Of a stretch of DNA of 64,000 bases, positions 37,874-49,215 are shown piece after piece. Numbering within the stretch: position 1 is the first letter of the stretch; the number at the start of each line of letters is the position of its first letter. The notes beneath the pieces were generated by a model that saw only the letters and a list, made by a program, of their open reading frames with translations, was not told the DNA's origin and ran no database searches. Location: NCBI GenBank assembly GCA_048013815.1, contig CM106585.1, positions 20,336,001 through 20,400,000 on the forward strand, read 5' to 3'. Made by a program: the position numbers and the translations under genes. The DNA is from Setoptus koraiensis (Eukaryota; Animalia; Arthropoda).

Positions 37874-38167
37874 CTACAAAAGATAAAACCAGACCAGGAG
37901 CATGAATAAAGTAAACAATGCCATTCCTCCAAATAGTATCAGTTTGTCAGTATTGGATCGGCTTTCGATCAATTTCATAATAGTCCTAGACATCCCTAGA
38001 TTGCTCTTGACATGGTCAAGCCTTTCGTAGATTGACTTAAAGGTGGTTCCTTGGTTTTTTAGTTGTCCTAATACACTTGAGCCTGTTTCCAACAATTCGT
38101 CCACTTGGCTACTAAAAACGTCAAGCCGGACGTCATCTCGGGGAATGTATCTTTGTCTCTCCGTCAT
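37874..38167 (-). CDS. GOSR2: Membrin/GOSR2-like Qb-SNARE, SNARE helix + TM only (97 aa)
   Basis: VDELLETGSSVLGQLKNQ...LGMSRTIMKLIESR...DKLILFGGM plus a C-terminal TM matches the membrin pattern LGLSNTVMRLIEKR...DK...GGM. Confidence 0.75.
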   Translation of the reverse strand: MTERQRYIPRDDVRLDVFSSQVDELLETGSSVLGQLKNQGTTFKSIYERLDHVKSNLGMSRTIMKLIESRSNTDKLILFGGMALFTLFMLLVWFYLL

Positions 38168-38286
38168 GATCTTCGTTAATTGTGATGATAAATAGTAGGT
38201 AGTGATTCTATTGCAGTTAGATCACCTGTATTGCGAAGGTTTTTATCCAAAAGAAAATGGCGCATATTTTAAAATCTGATTGATTA

Positions 38287-39930
38287 TCAATCAGATTCTA
38301 GAGTCATTGCTCTTTCTCTTTCGATGAAGGACCTCTCTCTTAGCTCCAGTGCTTGCTCTCTTTGTTGCAATTCTTTCTCTCTTTGGCCCAACTGGAGAAA
38401 ACAAGCACAAAGCTCCATGTATATATTGTTGACTTGTTCACGTTTTTGCTCGTACATATGTTGTGCATTTTCGAGCTCTCGTAGTCTCTTCTCTAGAAGC
38501 TCATTATAATCATTAGACGTGTCAATAGTCTTCGTTTCGTTAGATGACATGTAGTTGTATTTGAGTTTGGCCATACAAGAACTTATTTCTCTTTTCCACC
38601 CGGCTTGCAATTGATAGTATCTCTCGCTTCTTAATCGATTGATCTCTTGAGCAGCCCCGCTTAAGTACTGACAAATTTGTGGGAAAGTCAATCTCTCACT
38701 TGGCTTTGACTTCCAACAACCATTTAGTATCATCTTAAAACCATCTGGACATGTTGATGGGATAGGTAAGCTTAATGAATAGTTGCCCACACCCCACAAG
38801 ATTGCTGAGCTATCTAGATCCTTGTAAGGCGCTTCACATGTCAATAGTTCCCATAATACAACACCAAATGACCAGATGTCTACCTTGAATGAGTATGGTT
38901 CACTTCTTATTATCTCTGGTGCCATGTAAGCGTCAGTTCCCGCGAATGTCATCTTGGTTGATTTTTCTAAATTGGTCGTTTTATGAGTGCCAAAATCTGA
39001 TATTTTGAGTACGTCATTGTAGGTCAATAGAACATTTGGTGATTTCAAATCACGATGTATTATTTTATGTGCATGTAAATATTTCATTCCACTGGCAATT
39101 TGTTGACTCCAGTCAGTCAATTTGCATGGTGGTACCTGTCTACCGGACTTGAGCAGATCATGTAACGTTCCAAATGGGCAATATTCCATGATTATGTAAT
39201 AACATGATGGGTCTTTCGTGCAAACTCCCTTGAACGCGACTATATTTTTGTGATTGATGTTTTTCAGGTGGCGAATATTGGTCTGAGATTTATCTTTTAC
39301 ACGTTTGACAGCCACCGAGGTATTGTTTATCTTGCCTAAGAATACTGCCCCCTGGGAGCCGCTTCTGAGATAATTTAAATTTTTTATGCTCTCATATGGA
39401 ATTTCCCAGCCGTCATTTTTTTGTTGATTGAAAGAGTTTTGCTTATTTGCATGATTGACTATTTTAGAACAAAATGCCATGAGATTGGTGACTAGACTTG
39501 ATTGTTGTTGCAGCGGTTGCTGTTGCTGCTGCTCATTAACCTTGTCATCATTGTCCTGAGAAGGATTGTTAATTGGATTGAATGAATTGTGTTCGTCGCT
39601 ACTATTATTATCATTCAATCTGTCCTTTTCTTTCATAATACTATCTTCGTTGCTTGGAGCGTCGGATCCAAGTTTGCATACGATCTCTAGGGTTACATTA
39701 GAATGGCTTCGCTGCATCGTCACTATTGCTGTGTTGTTACTATTATCCTCATTATTACCAATACAATAAATATAAAATTATCTCTACATGTTCCAGTTAA
39801 AAAATATAATTGTTAATGATATCGATATAAATGGTTCCTCACCGCACACAGTATCTCTGTCTTTAATTTTCTCTGTATACATCTGATGGATACGACTGAG
39901 AGCATCAGTCTTGAAACCCGTTGACTCCAT
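38287..39930 (-). CDS. MAP3K13: Dual leucine zipper kinase (MAP3K12/13, Wallenda-like), 509 aa
   Basis: Exons 39843..39930 and 38287..39728 (phase 1). WEIPYE, SGSQGAVF, VAVK, HRDLKSPN, DFG, APE, DIWSFGVVLWELLT, then zipper YEQKREQVNNIYMEL...QREQAL. Confidence 0.9.
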
Positions 39931-40160
39931 TTTAATGCGCACAGCAAACAAGCTCAACTACTAGTAGAAAGCACAGAGTGCAATCGGCTACTCAGAAGGC
40001 TAGTCGAATGGTAACTTTTGCAAGTTCCAGTATATCAACACAATGTGTGGGTGAGCGTTTGTGCTAACCATTTTATGCGTGGCAAATGACTAATCATCAA
40101 ATCTCTAATCGTACTCTGGATAGTATCGTGTCGAGTAGTAGAGAGTGAATAACTGGATAC

Positions 40161-41069
40161 ATGCCTTCTGCATCATTATTCAACATGGCACCGATACAAT
40201 ATATCCAATTAAATGACTTTACGCCAGAAAATCCGTCAGAATCGCCGCCAGTATTTCGAGTACCCATACACAATCCTCCTGGCAAAGTCATAAAAGGTCT
40301 TAAATTTTGCAAACCCAATCTCACGCTATGGGAGCTAAACAGCATCTTTGGATCAGATTTTGCAATCACTGTCGAAAATACAAAAACGGGACTTATGCAA
40401 GCCGAGACGCTCGACTCACTGCTCCAAGATTGGGCCCGTGATCCCTGTGATAGAAAAGGCCATCTATTTTGGAAGATGAATATTCTCGATACCCCCATGG
40501 AACCCTGTTTTGAGCCACCAGAAATCATTGACAAAATAGCCGGCGGTCTTCATGCCGATATCGATGATGAGAGGTTGTTTTATTGTGTTCAAAAAGACGT
40601 TCGTTTTGAACTTAGGTCAGATCTCAATTGCACATGGATGTTTATATTATCGGGAGAATTCAAAGTGACGATGTATGCCCCAACCGAACATAACAAAATG
40701 TTGCACTTACTAACATCCACCGGTGAACTTAACAGAAAGGACATCACCGATGATAGAGACCTGAATTTTCATCCGGAGCCGGGCACGGAATTGATTGTTC
40801 CCTTAAAGGCTCACGCCTTCATAGCGATACCAACTGGATGGATGTACACTTTCGAAGCTCTCGATGACGGTTATATATTTGGTGGACAGTTCCTAGACAA
40901 AAACAATATAGATTGGCAATTTAATTGGTTAGCAAGAAAGTTAGCTATAGATACCATAAATGGTGACGAAGAAAATACTGATCACATAAAAATGCTTCTC
41001 ACACGACTCGTTTCCAGACAAGTGAGAGCCGAGAGAGAGAAACTATTAAAAGATGAAAATTCTTTATAA
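40161..41069 (+). CDS. JmjC-only protein of KDM2/KDM7 type with degenerate active site
   Basis: 302 aa. GLK...P.LT, F.PP.I...I, W.FI..G, IPTGW and FGGQFL align with the KDM2/PHF8 JmjC scaffold. Confidence 0.7.
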   Translation: MPSASLFNMAPIQYIQLNDFTPENPSESPPVFRVPIHNPPGKVIKGLKFCKPNLTLWELNSIFGSDFAITVENTKTGLMQAETLDSLLQDWARDPCDRKGHLFWKMNILDTPMEPCFEPPEIIDKIAGGLHADIDDERLFYCVQKDVRFELRSDLNCTWMFILSGEFKVTMYAPTEHNKMLHLLTSTGELNRKDITDDRDLNFHPEPGTELIVPLKAHAFIAIPTGWMYTFEALDDGYIFGGQFLDKNNIDWQFNWLARKLAIDTINGDEENTDHIKMLLTRLVSRQVRAEREKLLKDENSL

Positions 41070-41136
41070 AAACCAACACACTCTCTTTAATAGGCTCTTC
41101 TTTTATACACTCTTTGTTATGGTTTAAAGCGGTGGT

Positions 41137-42227
41137 TTAGGCGTATGCATTCCTGGCAGACATGTCAGATATACAACAAAATTCACCGTTCATGCTTTCC
41201 TTCCAAAGTGTAACTTTATTATCGCCGCAAGATACCGCTAGTATGTTACCCATGACAGACCAAGAAACATGCCAAACCACGTCGTCAAATTCTGGTAAGA
41301 CTTTAGATTCCCATTCGTGACGATTTGGTCCCTCGTTGTTTGTCCAAATGATTACTTTTCTGTCCTGAGAGGCGCTAGCAATGTACCATTTCGGTAGGCC
41401 AATAGATGGTGCCCAAGCTACATCACGAACCCAATCGCTATGAGAATCCAATTGACGTTCCTCTATCCATCTATCACTTTCCTCTTCATATTTCCATATT
41501 TTTACTAGATTGTCGCAACCCCCTGACACAAACCTCTTCACCGGATTTATTCTTTGTGCAGAAGGATCAGTCATTGATTGGCTGGCCGCAGGATTGTTTG
41601 TTGTCGTCGGTCGAAATATTGTTGAAACAGATGATATGGGTGGCGCCCAACTCACTGAATTAACTCCGATGGGGTGGGCATTTATTTTTCTTGCCTCCCA
41701 ATCTCCATCGGCAGTGTGTTTTAGTATAGAAATGGTTCCATCCGAACTGGCGCAAGCCAACATTGAGCCGAATTCTCTTGGTGCCCATTGTATAGAATTG
41801 ACAGACGACTCGTGTTCTTTGAATTCTTTCAATTTTTCCCAATTAGAGGGCGAGGTCTCTTTCCAGATTATTACTTTTTTGTCATAACTAAAATCAATAA
41901 TAGTTTGGGGATTATATAGGAGGGTTAGATTAGATGAGGACTAGATTATACAATGGAATAATTGAAATCACTACAGTAGACCACTTGTACTCACGAGCAT
42001 GATGCCAATAGATTGTTGTGCTCTGGATGAGCCCAATCCAGTTGCCAGACTGGCCCTTCGTGACCAATGAGTTCCTTCAACAGTTTGGACTGATTTCCAT
42101 TTAATTCAAATATCTTTATCTTGCAATCACTACTGCAGGTGGCCAATCGAGTTCCGTAGAAGTTGGCTTGTGCATCATGGATGAGCTCCTCGTGATTGGT
42201 ATCAATCTGGTGTAATATTGACACCAT
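41137..42227 (-). CDS. SEC13: Protein transport protein SEC13
   Basis: Exons 41995..42227 and 41137..41887 (phase 2, CS|YDKKV). [39 protein letters not shown]40 motifs; 327 aa. Confidence 0.97.
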
Positions 42228-42737
42228 TTTTGTAGTGAGAAAGGCAATTAATTGGGATACAGTTTTTTTTTTTGACAGATAAATATTAAAATTGTTAATA
42301 AATAAACCGATGATCTCAATTGCACCAGTACCGACGACAGCCTGGATTAAAATACCATGTGGGCAATGATTGCTGACTATACAGTCAGTTCAACAAATGG
42401 TCCGCCAGAGGCGCCGGCTGCGCACTGAAATACACCGCCAAGCGCCGAGTGTAACGAGAAACGTTTCAATTCTTTCTTCCTTTCAGAATTCAATGACTTT
42501 CCCGTGAATAAACGCTGGTCACTAAATTCCCACTGTAATGCGACTAGGTCCCGATGTTTGAATTTGCTGAATTCATTGGTAAATAGAACACCCTTATGCG
42601 TGCAGACACGAGGAAACATATGGTGCTGAAATTATCTCCGCATCGATGCTGTGCAAAGTCAAAAAATATCTGATTCTACACGACTTGGTTTATCTTACCA
42701 CATTTACAAGCAATTCATTCGCGAAATATTCTCAATC

Positions 42738-44138
42738 ATGTCTCGTCCATCGAATAGTCAGAGTAAGAGTTCATCTCGACCAGTTCAGGTTCCAGACAGT
42801 TTGATTTGTCGAGTCAGATTTAATAACACATTGCCAGACATTCCATTCGACCCTAAATTTTTAGTGAATCCCCTTGATATCCAAAGATATGTACCATACA
42901 AGACCACTTCATTAGAGCAAAATGCTAAACATGAATTATTAACAAGCTTCGATTTAGGAGTGGATATAAATCTCATTTTACCGGAACGTTACGCGGTGCA
43001 TCCAGACCATGATTTACATGATCCAGATGACTTCAAATTAATAACTGATGACGATGCCGGCACTCCTGGATCTGGTAGTAAGAGAAACCCACGTGAAAAT
43101 CCACACTCTGCCCTACACAACAAAATAGTGCCTTGGTTGAAGAAAACTGAGTACATATCAACTGAATTCAATAGATATGGAGCAAGCAGCGAAAAAACTG
43201 AGACCAAAGTGGGTTACAACGTTAGAAAAAAGATGAAGGAGGATACAGTCTTTATGGATAAAGAGAGCCAGATACAGGCCATCGATAAAACATTTGAAGC
43301 AGCCCGCAGGCCCATAGAGAAACATCACTCCAAGCCAAATGTGGTGCCTGTTAAAGTTACCCCGTTGTTGCCCGACTTTGAGATGTGGAAGTACCCATTT
43401 GCTCAAGTAGTATTTGATAACGAACCTAGCGATTTCGCAAAGGGAGACCAAATGGCTCAAGCTATCATCAGAGGTATGGCAGATGAAGATAATAACGACC
43501 AATTTGTGGCTTATTTCTTGCCAACCGAAATCACCATGGCTGAGAGACTTATAGATCAGTCTAACAATCGCGATTATACCGAAGACAAGGAATACGAATA
43601 TAAACTTACACGCGAGTACAATTGGAATTTCAAAAATACTCAAGGTCACGAAGAGAACTACTTCTTTGTTTTTCGCGACGATGCAGTCTATTATAACAGC
43701 CTAGAGACGAGGGTGAAGTTAAATAAGAGAAGGGTTAAGAGTCAACGTAACTTGGCTGAGTCGACGCTTATTGTTAAACATAGGCCTCTCAATGAGCAAG
43801 AGATTAGAACACAAGAAATAAGAATTGCTCAGCTTGATCCTCCTCAAATAGATGAGGATATGAATACAAGTATGGTACTTGAAAGCGCAAACGAATCATC
43901 CCAGGATCAACAACAAAAGAGCACAGAAGCCGAACAATCTTCTATGGCAATCAGCAATCAGAGGCCAAGCACGGAAGAGGATCGATCATCGGATGACGAT
44001 TCATCGTCATCGTCATCTTCTAGTTCGTCCTCATCATCATCTGGCTCGGACTCTTCTAGCGATGATGACGATGATGACAACGAGGATGAAAAAGGCAAAT
44101 TGAGCAAAGCCATCTTTGGGTCAGATGATAGCGAGTGA
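42738..44138 (+). CDS. PAF1: RNA polymerase II-associated factor 1, single exon
   Basis: ATG 42738. CRVRFNNTLPDIPFDPKF, VPWLKKTEYISTEFNRYG, EENYFF, ETRVKLNKRR; acidic C-terminal tail. Confidence 0.96.
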   Translation: MSRPSNSQSKSSSRPVQVPDSLICRVRFNNTLPDIPFDPKFLVNPLDIQRYVPYKTTSLEQNAKHELLTSFDLGVDINLILPERYAVHPDHDLHDPDDFKLITDDDAGTPGSGSKRNPRENPHSALHNKIVPWLKKTEYISTEFNRYGASSEKTETKVGYNVRKKMKEDTVFMDKESQIQAIDKTFEAARRPIEKHHSKPNVVPVKVTPLLPDFEMWKYPFAQVVFDNEPSDFAKGDQMAQAIIRGMADEDNNDQFVAYFLPTEITMAERLIDQSNNRDYTEDKEYEYKLTREYNWNFKNTQGHEENYFFVFRDDAVYYNSLETRVKLNKRRVKSQRNLAESTLIVKHRPLNEQEIRTQEIRIAQLDPPQIDEDMNTSMVLESANESSQDQQQKSTEAEQSSMAISNQRPSTEEDRSSDDDSSSSSSSSSSSSSSGSDSSSDDDDDDNEDEKGKLSKAIFGSDDSE

Positions 44139-44175
44139 TGATATGTATAACTATATGTAGTAATATTAAAACATT

Positions 44176-45742
44176 TTAAACATTCTGCATTGATGGACAT
44201 TCCTGATTGCATTGCGGCCATGTACAAGAATCCACAAGCCACATATTTTGTTTGTTGTTGTTGTTACCTGGATGGGTGATTTCATCATTTGATAAATTAG
44301 TCCTCCTGTCAGGTGATGAAGATTTTCTCCTTTTGTATGATCTTATATCTGGGTTTTGCTGCTGGGTTGCTGTTCTAGTATGCCTCAGATTATGTTGATT
44401 CATTTCATTTCTGTTCATTAGATGATCTAGTGACAAGTCTGGCTGGGTAGATTTTACATTGTTATTCAATAACACTGCATTGAGATTAGCTGCATTATTG
44501 TTAGTATAATTGGCATTGTTATTATTACTATTATTTATATTATTGTGATGCAGTTTATTTCTAGAGTTCTTGGGCTTTCTCTTTTTCCCTTTATTTCCAC
44601 GTTTTCTGTTATGTTGCGACTGGGCCATCGCTTGATTGTAGGGGTGGAGTCTAGCTTGGCCAGATTCTGATTGCATCGTTGTGGTTAACCTGTTGTTGTT
44701 AGTGATAAGGAAGGAGTTCGCGGAGTTACTAGAGTCGGATTGTTGGTACTGATTTCCAGATATTCCGCCTGGAACAATAGAAGTGGTAGCTGGTGTTTGG
44801 TTGTGATTTAATGTGGAATGATACAATTGATTTTGATTGTGATTTATAGGTAATGATAGTCGATATGCTGATGGTCTGAGATCTGAAAGATTGATTAATT
44901 GATTGTTTGTTGTTGATGTTGCTGATGTTTGATGATCACGTTCATTGGAGTTGACGAATGTTCTTGGTTTAATCCTTTGTGACTCCCAGTAGTCAAGGGC
45001 CTGAGAGAGGGACACCTCGTTGACCTTAATGCGAAACCAATCGCTTTTGGTCAGTATGGTGTGAGAAAAGCACGATGGCGCGAATACCGCTCTATGGGAT
45101 GAAAAGCGGGCGAAAACAGGGGAACGAAGAAAGAGTTTATTAGCAATTAGTGTTTGGTGTCACATCTGACCAGATCGCTAAACCATTTAGGTGGGTAGTA
45201 TTCGGTGACATAATACAATAATGTGTTACAAGAAGCAAAAAACTTACGGTACGTTCTCCAATGTTGCCCTCAATTGGGCTGACATTTTGTGTACATAGTT
45301 CCATTGCGAGGCTGTTTCTGGTCTACCCACATTGTCTACCATTAATTGGGCCTGATCGAACAGCCATTGTACAACAAATAGGGGAGTTTTTAGAGTTTCA
45401 AAGGCCCTGTAGCCGAAATAACATCTCCACGATTCATTTGAGTATTGTTCTTTGCATGCTTTTGGTACACGACCATTCCACATTCTATGAGCAATAAGCA
45501 TGCGATAGAGGAACGATGGAACCGGTAGAATCGAACAGGGGACGACATATGAAATGTATAGCAGTATATTTGATAATAACCAATATCGGCAGCAACAAGA
45601 CAAATAGAGAGATAAGAGGAAGTAGATATGTTTGATTATCAGTATATATTGTCACTATTGTTTACTGTGTTTAAATTTAGGCTTAGTAGTGTTTATCTGT
45701 TTGTTTATCTCTCTATGTGTGTCTCTAGGTGTCTAAGTGTGC

Positions 45743-45776
<34 letters not shown>

Positions 45777-48700
45777 GTGCACACATGACACCGGTGCACC
45801 GATATAGGCATAGCTAGATAAATAGAAGCATGCACAACTTGTGGATCCCTCTGGCTATCTCGCTGGAGCTAGTTTATTCTCGGTGGTGTTGATCGGACAC
45901 AACAGAGAAGAGAATACTGCCATCATAGGTAGATAGGTGAGTGTGCGTACGTATATATATATACGGCATATATGTATATATGAGACTCATGAAACTAATT
46001 CTGTTTCTCTCCAATTCTCTGGTTGTATATACTTGTTGGCCGTATAGGACGCTGGCGTGTGTGTGTGTGTGTGTGTAGGTGAATAATCATCATCGTTGCT
46101 AGGTGACGATGAGATAAAACGACTCGGAGAGCGGCATCTTCTTTGTTGAGGTCAATCAGCAGCAGCAGCAGCGTCATCATAATAGCCGACAATCAAATAG
46201 CACCAACAAACAAACTATTAAGAATCACTATTAGTAGTTAGTAGCAGTAGTTGCTGCTTCGGCAGTCGTGGCTGCGTCCAACTAGTAAAACGCCCAGAGT
46301 TTCGTCAAAGTGGAGGGCGCCAACACTACATACATCACTTGTTTTCTGCATCACATCCAATTGACTACTACTTGCAACTTCTCTTTTTCCCTCCGTCCCT
46401 CGCTCCCTCTCTCGCGCTCTCTCGCTCCATGTCAGATCCTATAAATATATTAGCTTTATTTAGATGAGCTCTTTTACTACGTCTCGGGCTGGGCTCTCGC
46501 TCTGTCGCCATTGGCCGGCGTTGACGTTACTCTCTCGCTCAGCTGCTCTCATTTTACCTTGTCCGCATGTCTACTGCTAGACACTGCTAGACACTGCGAG
46601 ATGCTGCTAGATACCGCGAGACGCTAGCGGGCTCGTATAGTGTCGGTAGTATAGAGAAGGATCCTCGCGTTCTCTTCGCGCCGCAACCGTCGAACGTCGA
46701 ACGCCGAACGTTCGCAGCGGCCGACAACGAACCTCGGCTAAGCCATGCTCAAACGTGCGCTTGTGTGTGTTTGTTGTTGAAAATATATCAGGGTAGTTTT
46801 ATCCCTACTCTAATTTACCATAACTAATATTTACTACAACACTACTGGCCTGTTGATGATGTCGGCATCTCTTTTTGGTTGCGCACCAAACAGACGTTCC
46901 GTCACCACCAGCGTGATTCGTCGCGCGCGGCTTCATCGAATTAGTTGTTGATGTTGTTCGGCGGCTCAACATCAAAGGAGTTGTCATTATTAGAGGACTA
47001 TTACTAATGTAATTGTTGTTGTTGTTGTTGTTGCCGCTGTCGTTGTTGTTGTTGTTGTTCCTCATTTATTTGTTGGTGCTGGTGCCGCTACCGCCGCAAC
47101 AGCACCACCGACGGTCCGGCGGCGGCGACCAGCAGTAGTGATAATTGTTATTCTATAGTTTGTTATAACAATATCTCAATCGTCCCTCGGAGATTGGGAG
47201 AGAGAGAGTCCGGGGGTCGCTCTGGTTGCCCGCGATACAGGCCACATAGACATAGAGATATAGAGATGTATGTTGGGTGCATATAGAGACACTGACAAGC
47301 GGCGCCCCGCCGTCCAGCTAGGTCTTACTGAATCACAAATGGCCGGATTATCTGTCGTTGGAATCTCTTTCGCTTCGAAACCAACGCTCGGCCGCCGTAA
47401 ACAACCGATTGGGCCACTGTGCGGGGCTGCCCAACCAGTGAGCTCGGCAGACAGCCAGAGATGCCGACAGACTGCTAATGAATAATCGCTCAATCACTCA
47501 ACTGACTGATCATCGGCGGCTAATGTCTTATGTGTGTGTGTGCATGATTCGTACGCGAACTCAATGGCCGCCAACTAGAGGCGGCCGCCTGAATCGAAAC
47601 GTTTATCGTTTGCTGCCGCTTGATATGCCGATGTTGCCATAAATTTGCTCAGCCGCGATGGCGCTCTCAACGATGCTAAATGATGATCGAGATAAGCTAA
47701 CTATGATTATTGGAATTATGTATTACTCACCTCATGGCCAGTTTTATAGACTGGACTGGAGCGCAAGCGTGCGGCTCATCACACGCTTGCTCGTCGTCGT
47801 TGTTGTTGTTGTTGTAGTTGTTGTTGCTGTTGTTGTTGCTGGTGTTGCTGTTGTTGTTGCTGTTGTTGCTGGTGTTGCTGGTGTTGTTGTTGTCTTGATG
47901 ACTATTGCCGCCATAACCGGCGTTGCCGGCGACTTCTAAGGGGGTGTTGCTGTTGTGCTGCTGTTGCTGCTCTAACAAATCAAAAGGCTCGTTATCGAGG
48001 AACCAGCCAGAATCGGCCAAGCCCCGCACTTCTGGCAGCAGCATTGCCGATTTGTTGTTGTTTGTTGCCTCATCAGTGCCGCCGCCGTGGTTGTTGCCGC
48101 CACGGCCACGGCCGCCGCCGCCGCCGCCACTATTATCTGTTGTTGTGCCATTATCGTTGGCCATTATTTGCTGTGTGCTGTTGTCATTATTACCTGGTTG
48201 TTGCAGTTGCAGTTGCAGTTGCAGTTGTTGTTGTTGTTGTTGTTGCCGCTGCAGCTTGTTGTGGTGCTCCAAGACGGAAGCGTGTATCATGTCGGCTATT
48301 CTGTCTAGATTCACTATGACTCCGGCCGCTCCGGCCGAGCTGCCCGCCAGCAGCACGAAGCGGGCTTGCTTGAGGCCGTTGTCTCTCATTAGCAGGCTAT
48401 TAATGACTTCGTCTAGGATGCGCGATCCCATGAATGACAATTGAGCCGGCGATGAGGCAACAGAGTCACCGCTCCAGGAATCGCTGGAACAGTAGGGCAC
48501 AAATACGTGGTTTGCGTCCCACCAGTGCGGATTGTCGGCCGGATTGGAGGACAGAATGCCCTCGCCTGAGTGTTGTCAGTGGGATGGATGGTTGGTTGGT
48601 TGGACAAATCGTTTGTGAGTGGGTTCGGGCCGCGATTGAATTGTTGCCGTAAACATACAGTTGACACATGATTCAAAGATGGATTAGTGATCGGATCGGG

Positions 48701-49215
48701 GCACGCGGGCGGCGCCGAGAGAAAGGCTCTATCAGCCCGATAGTATCAGCACGATAGTATCAGCCCGATAGTATCAGCCTGATGGTATCAGGGCCATATC
48801 AGTGTGTTTGTTTTTGTGTTGTTGTGTCTGTGTACTCACCGTTCTTCAGTTCTGGCCAATGCTTCGAGGTCATGAAGTGCTTCATTCTGAGCCAGCGCTG
48901 CTGGCAACTCTTCTCGTTGAAACAATGCCAGCCGCCCTCCAGGAATATGAGCCACCGCTGAGAGTTGTAATTCTGTCTAATGTAATAACCGGCATTGGTT
49001 CCGTCGTTGCAGGTGACATTGGGCACGTTGTCCAACATGTGACGTCGCATGTACGAGGCTGTTGCTCGAGTGGTCAGCTCGGAGGCAAAGTGTTCGTTGC
49101 TGCTGTTGCTTGCTGTGGGCGCATAACTGTCCGTGGCCGTTGTTGAGCTTGCGAACCATATACATACCATAAGCACGTACATTATGGCTAATGTACACAG
49201 TAAAACACACTTCAT
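44176..49215 (-). CDS. NOTUM: Notum palmitoleoyl-protein carboxylesterase (Wnt deacylase), 787 aa
   Basis: Exons 48840..49215, 47731..48565, 45248..45484, 44176..45091 with consistent phases. Signal peptide, CNDGT, EGGW oxyanion motif, GSSAG nucleophile, QWLFDQAQL, FAPSCFSH, C-terminal LVDSCTWPQCNQECP. Confidence 0.93.
46571..46630. repeat. Imperfect 10-bp tandem repeat (acactgctag-like, about 6 copies) in a Notum intron
   Basis: ctactgctag acactgctag acactgcgag atgctgctag ataccgcgag acgctagcgg. Confidence 0.7.
48730..48796. repeat. 14-bp tandem repeat (tatcagcccgatag, about 5 copies) in Notum intron 1
   Basis: tatcagcccgatag tatcagcacgatag tatcagcccgatag tatcagcctgatgg tatcagggcca. Confidence 0.85.

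Noticed and set aside
40097-40534. 145-aa ORF antisense to the JmjC gene, considered as a missing membrin exon
   Set aside because: No helical or membrin similarity; shadow ORF.
42377-42619. 80-aa ORF or structured RNA (GGGAAAGTC, small hairpin) between SEC13 and PAF1
   Set aside because: No matching RNase P/MRP CR-V element or protein motif; treated as bidirectional promoter/UTR.
44176-45015. Stand-alone 279-aa N/Q-rich gene
   Set aside because: It is the last Notum exon; the frame extends to the acceptor at 45092 through AVFAPSCFSH.
45624-45645. miR-190-like 13-mer AGATATGTTTGAT
   Set aside because: 3' half diverges and there is no complementary arm for a hairpin.
46805-47065. Intronic ORF starting MRNNNNN like the H3-mimic N-terminus
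   Set aside because: Similarity is limited to an AAC microsatellite after ATGAGG.
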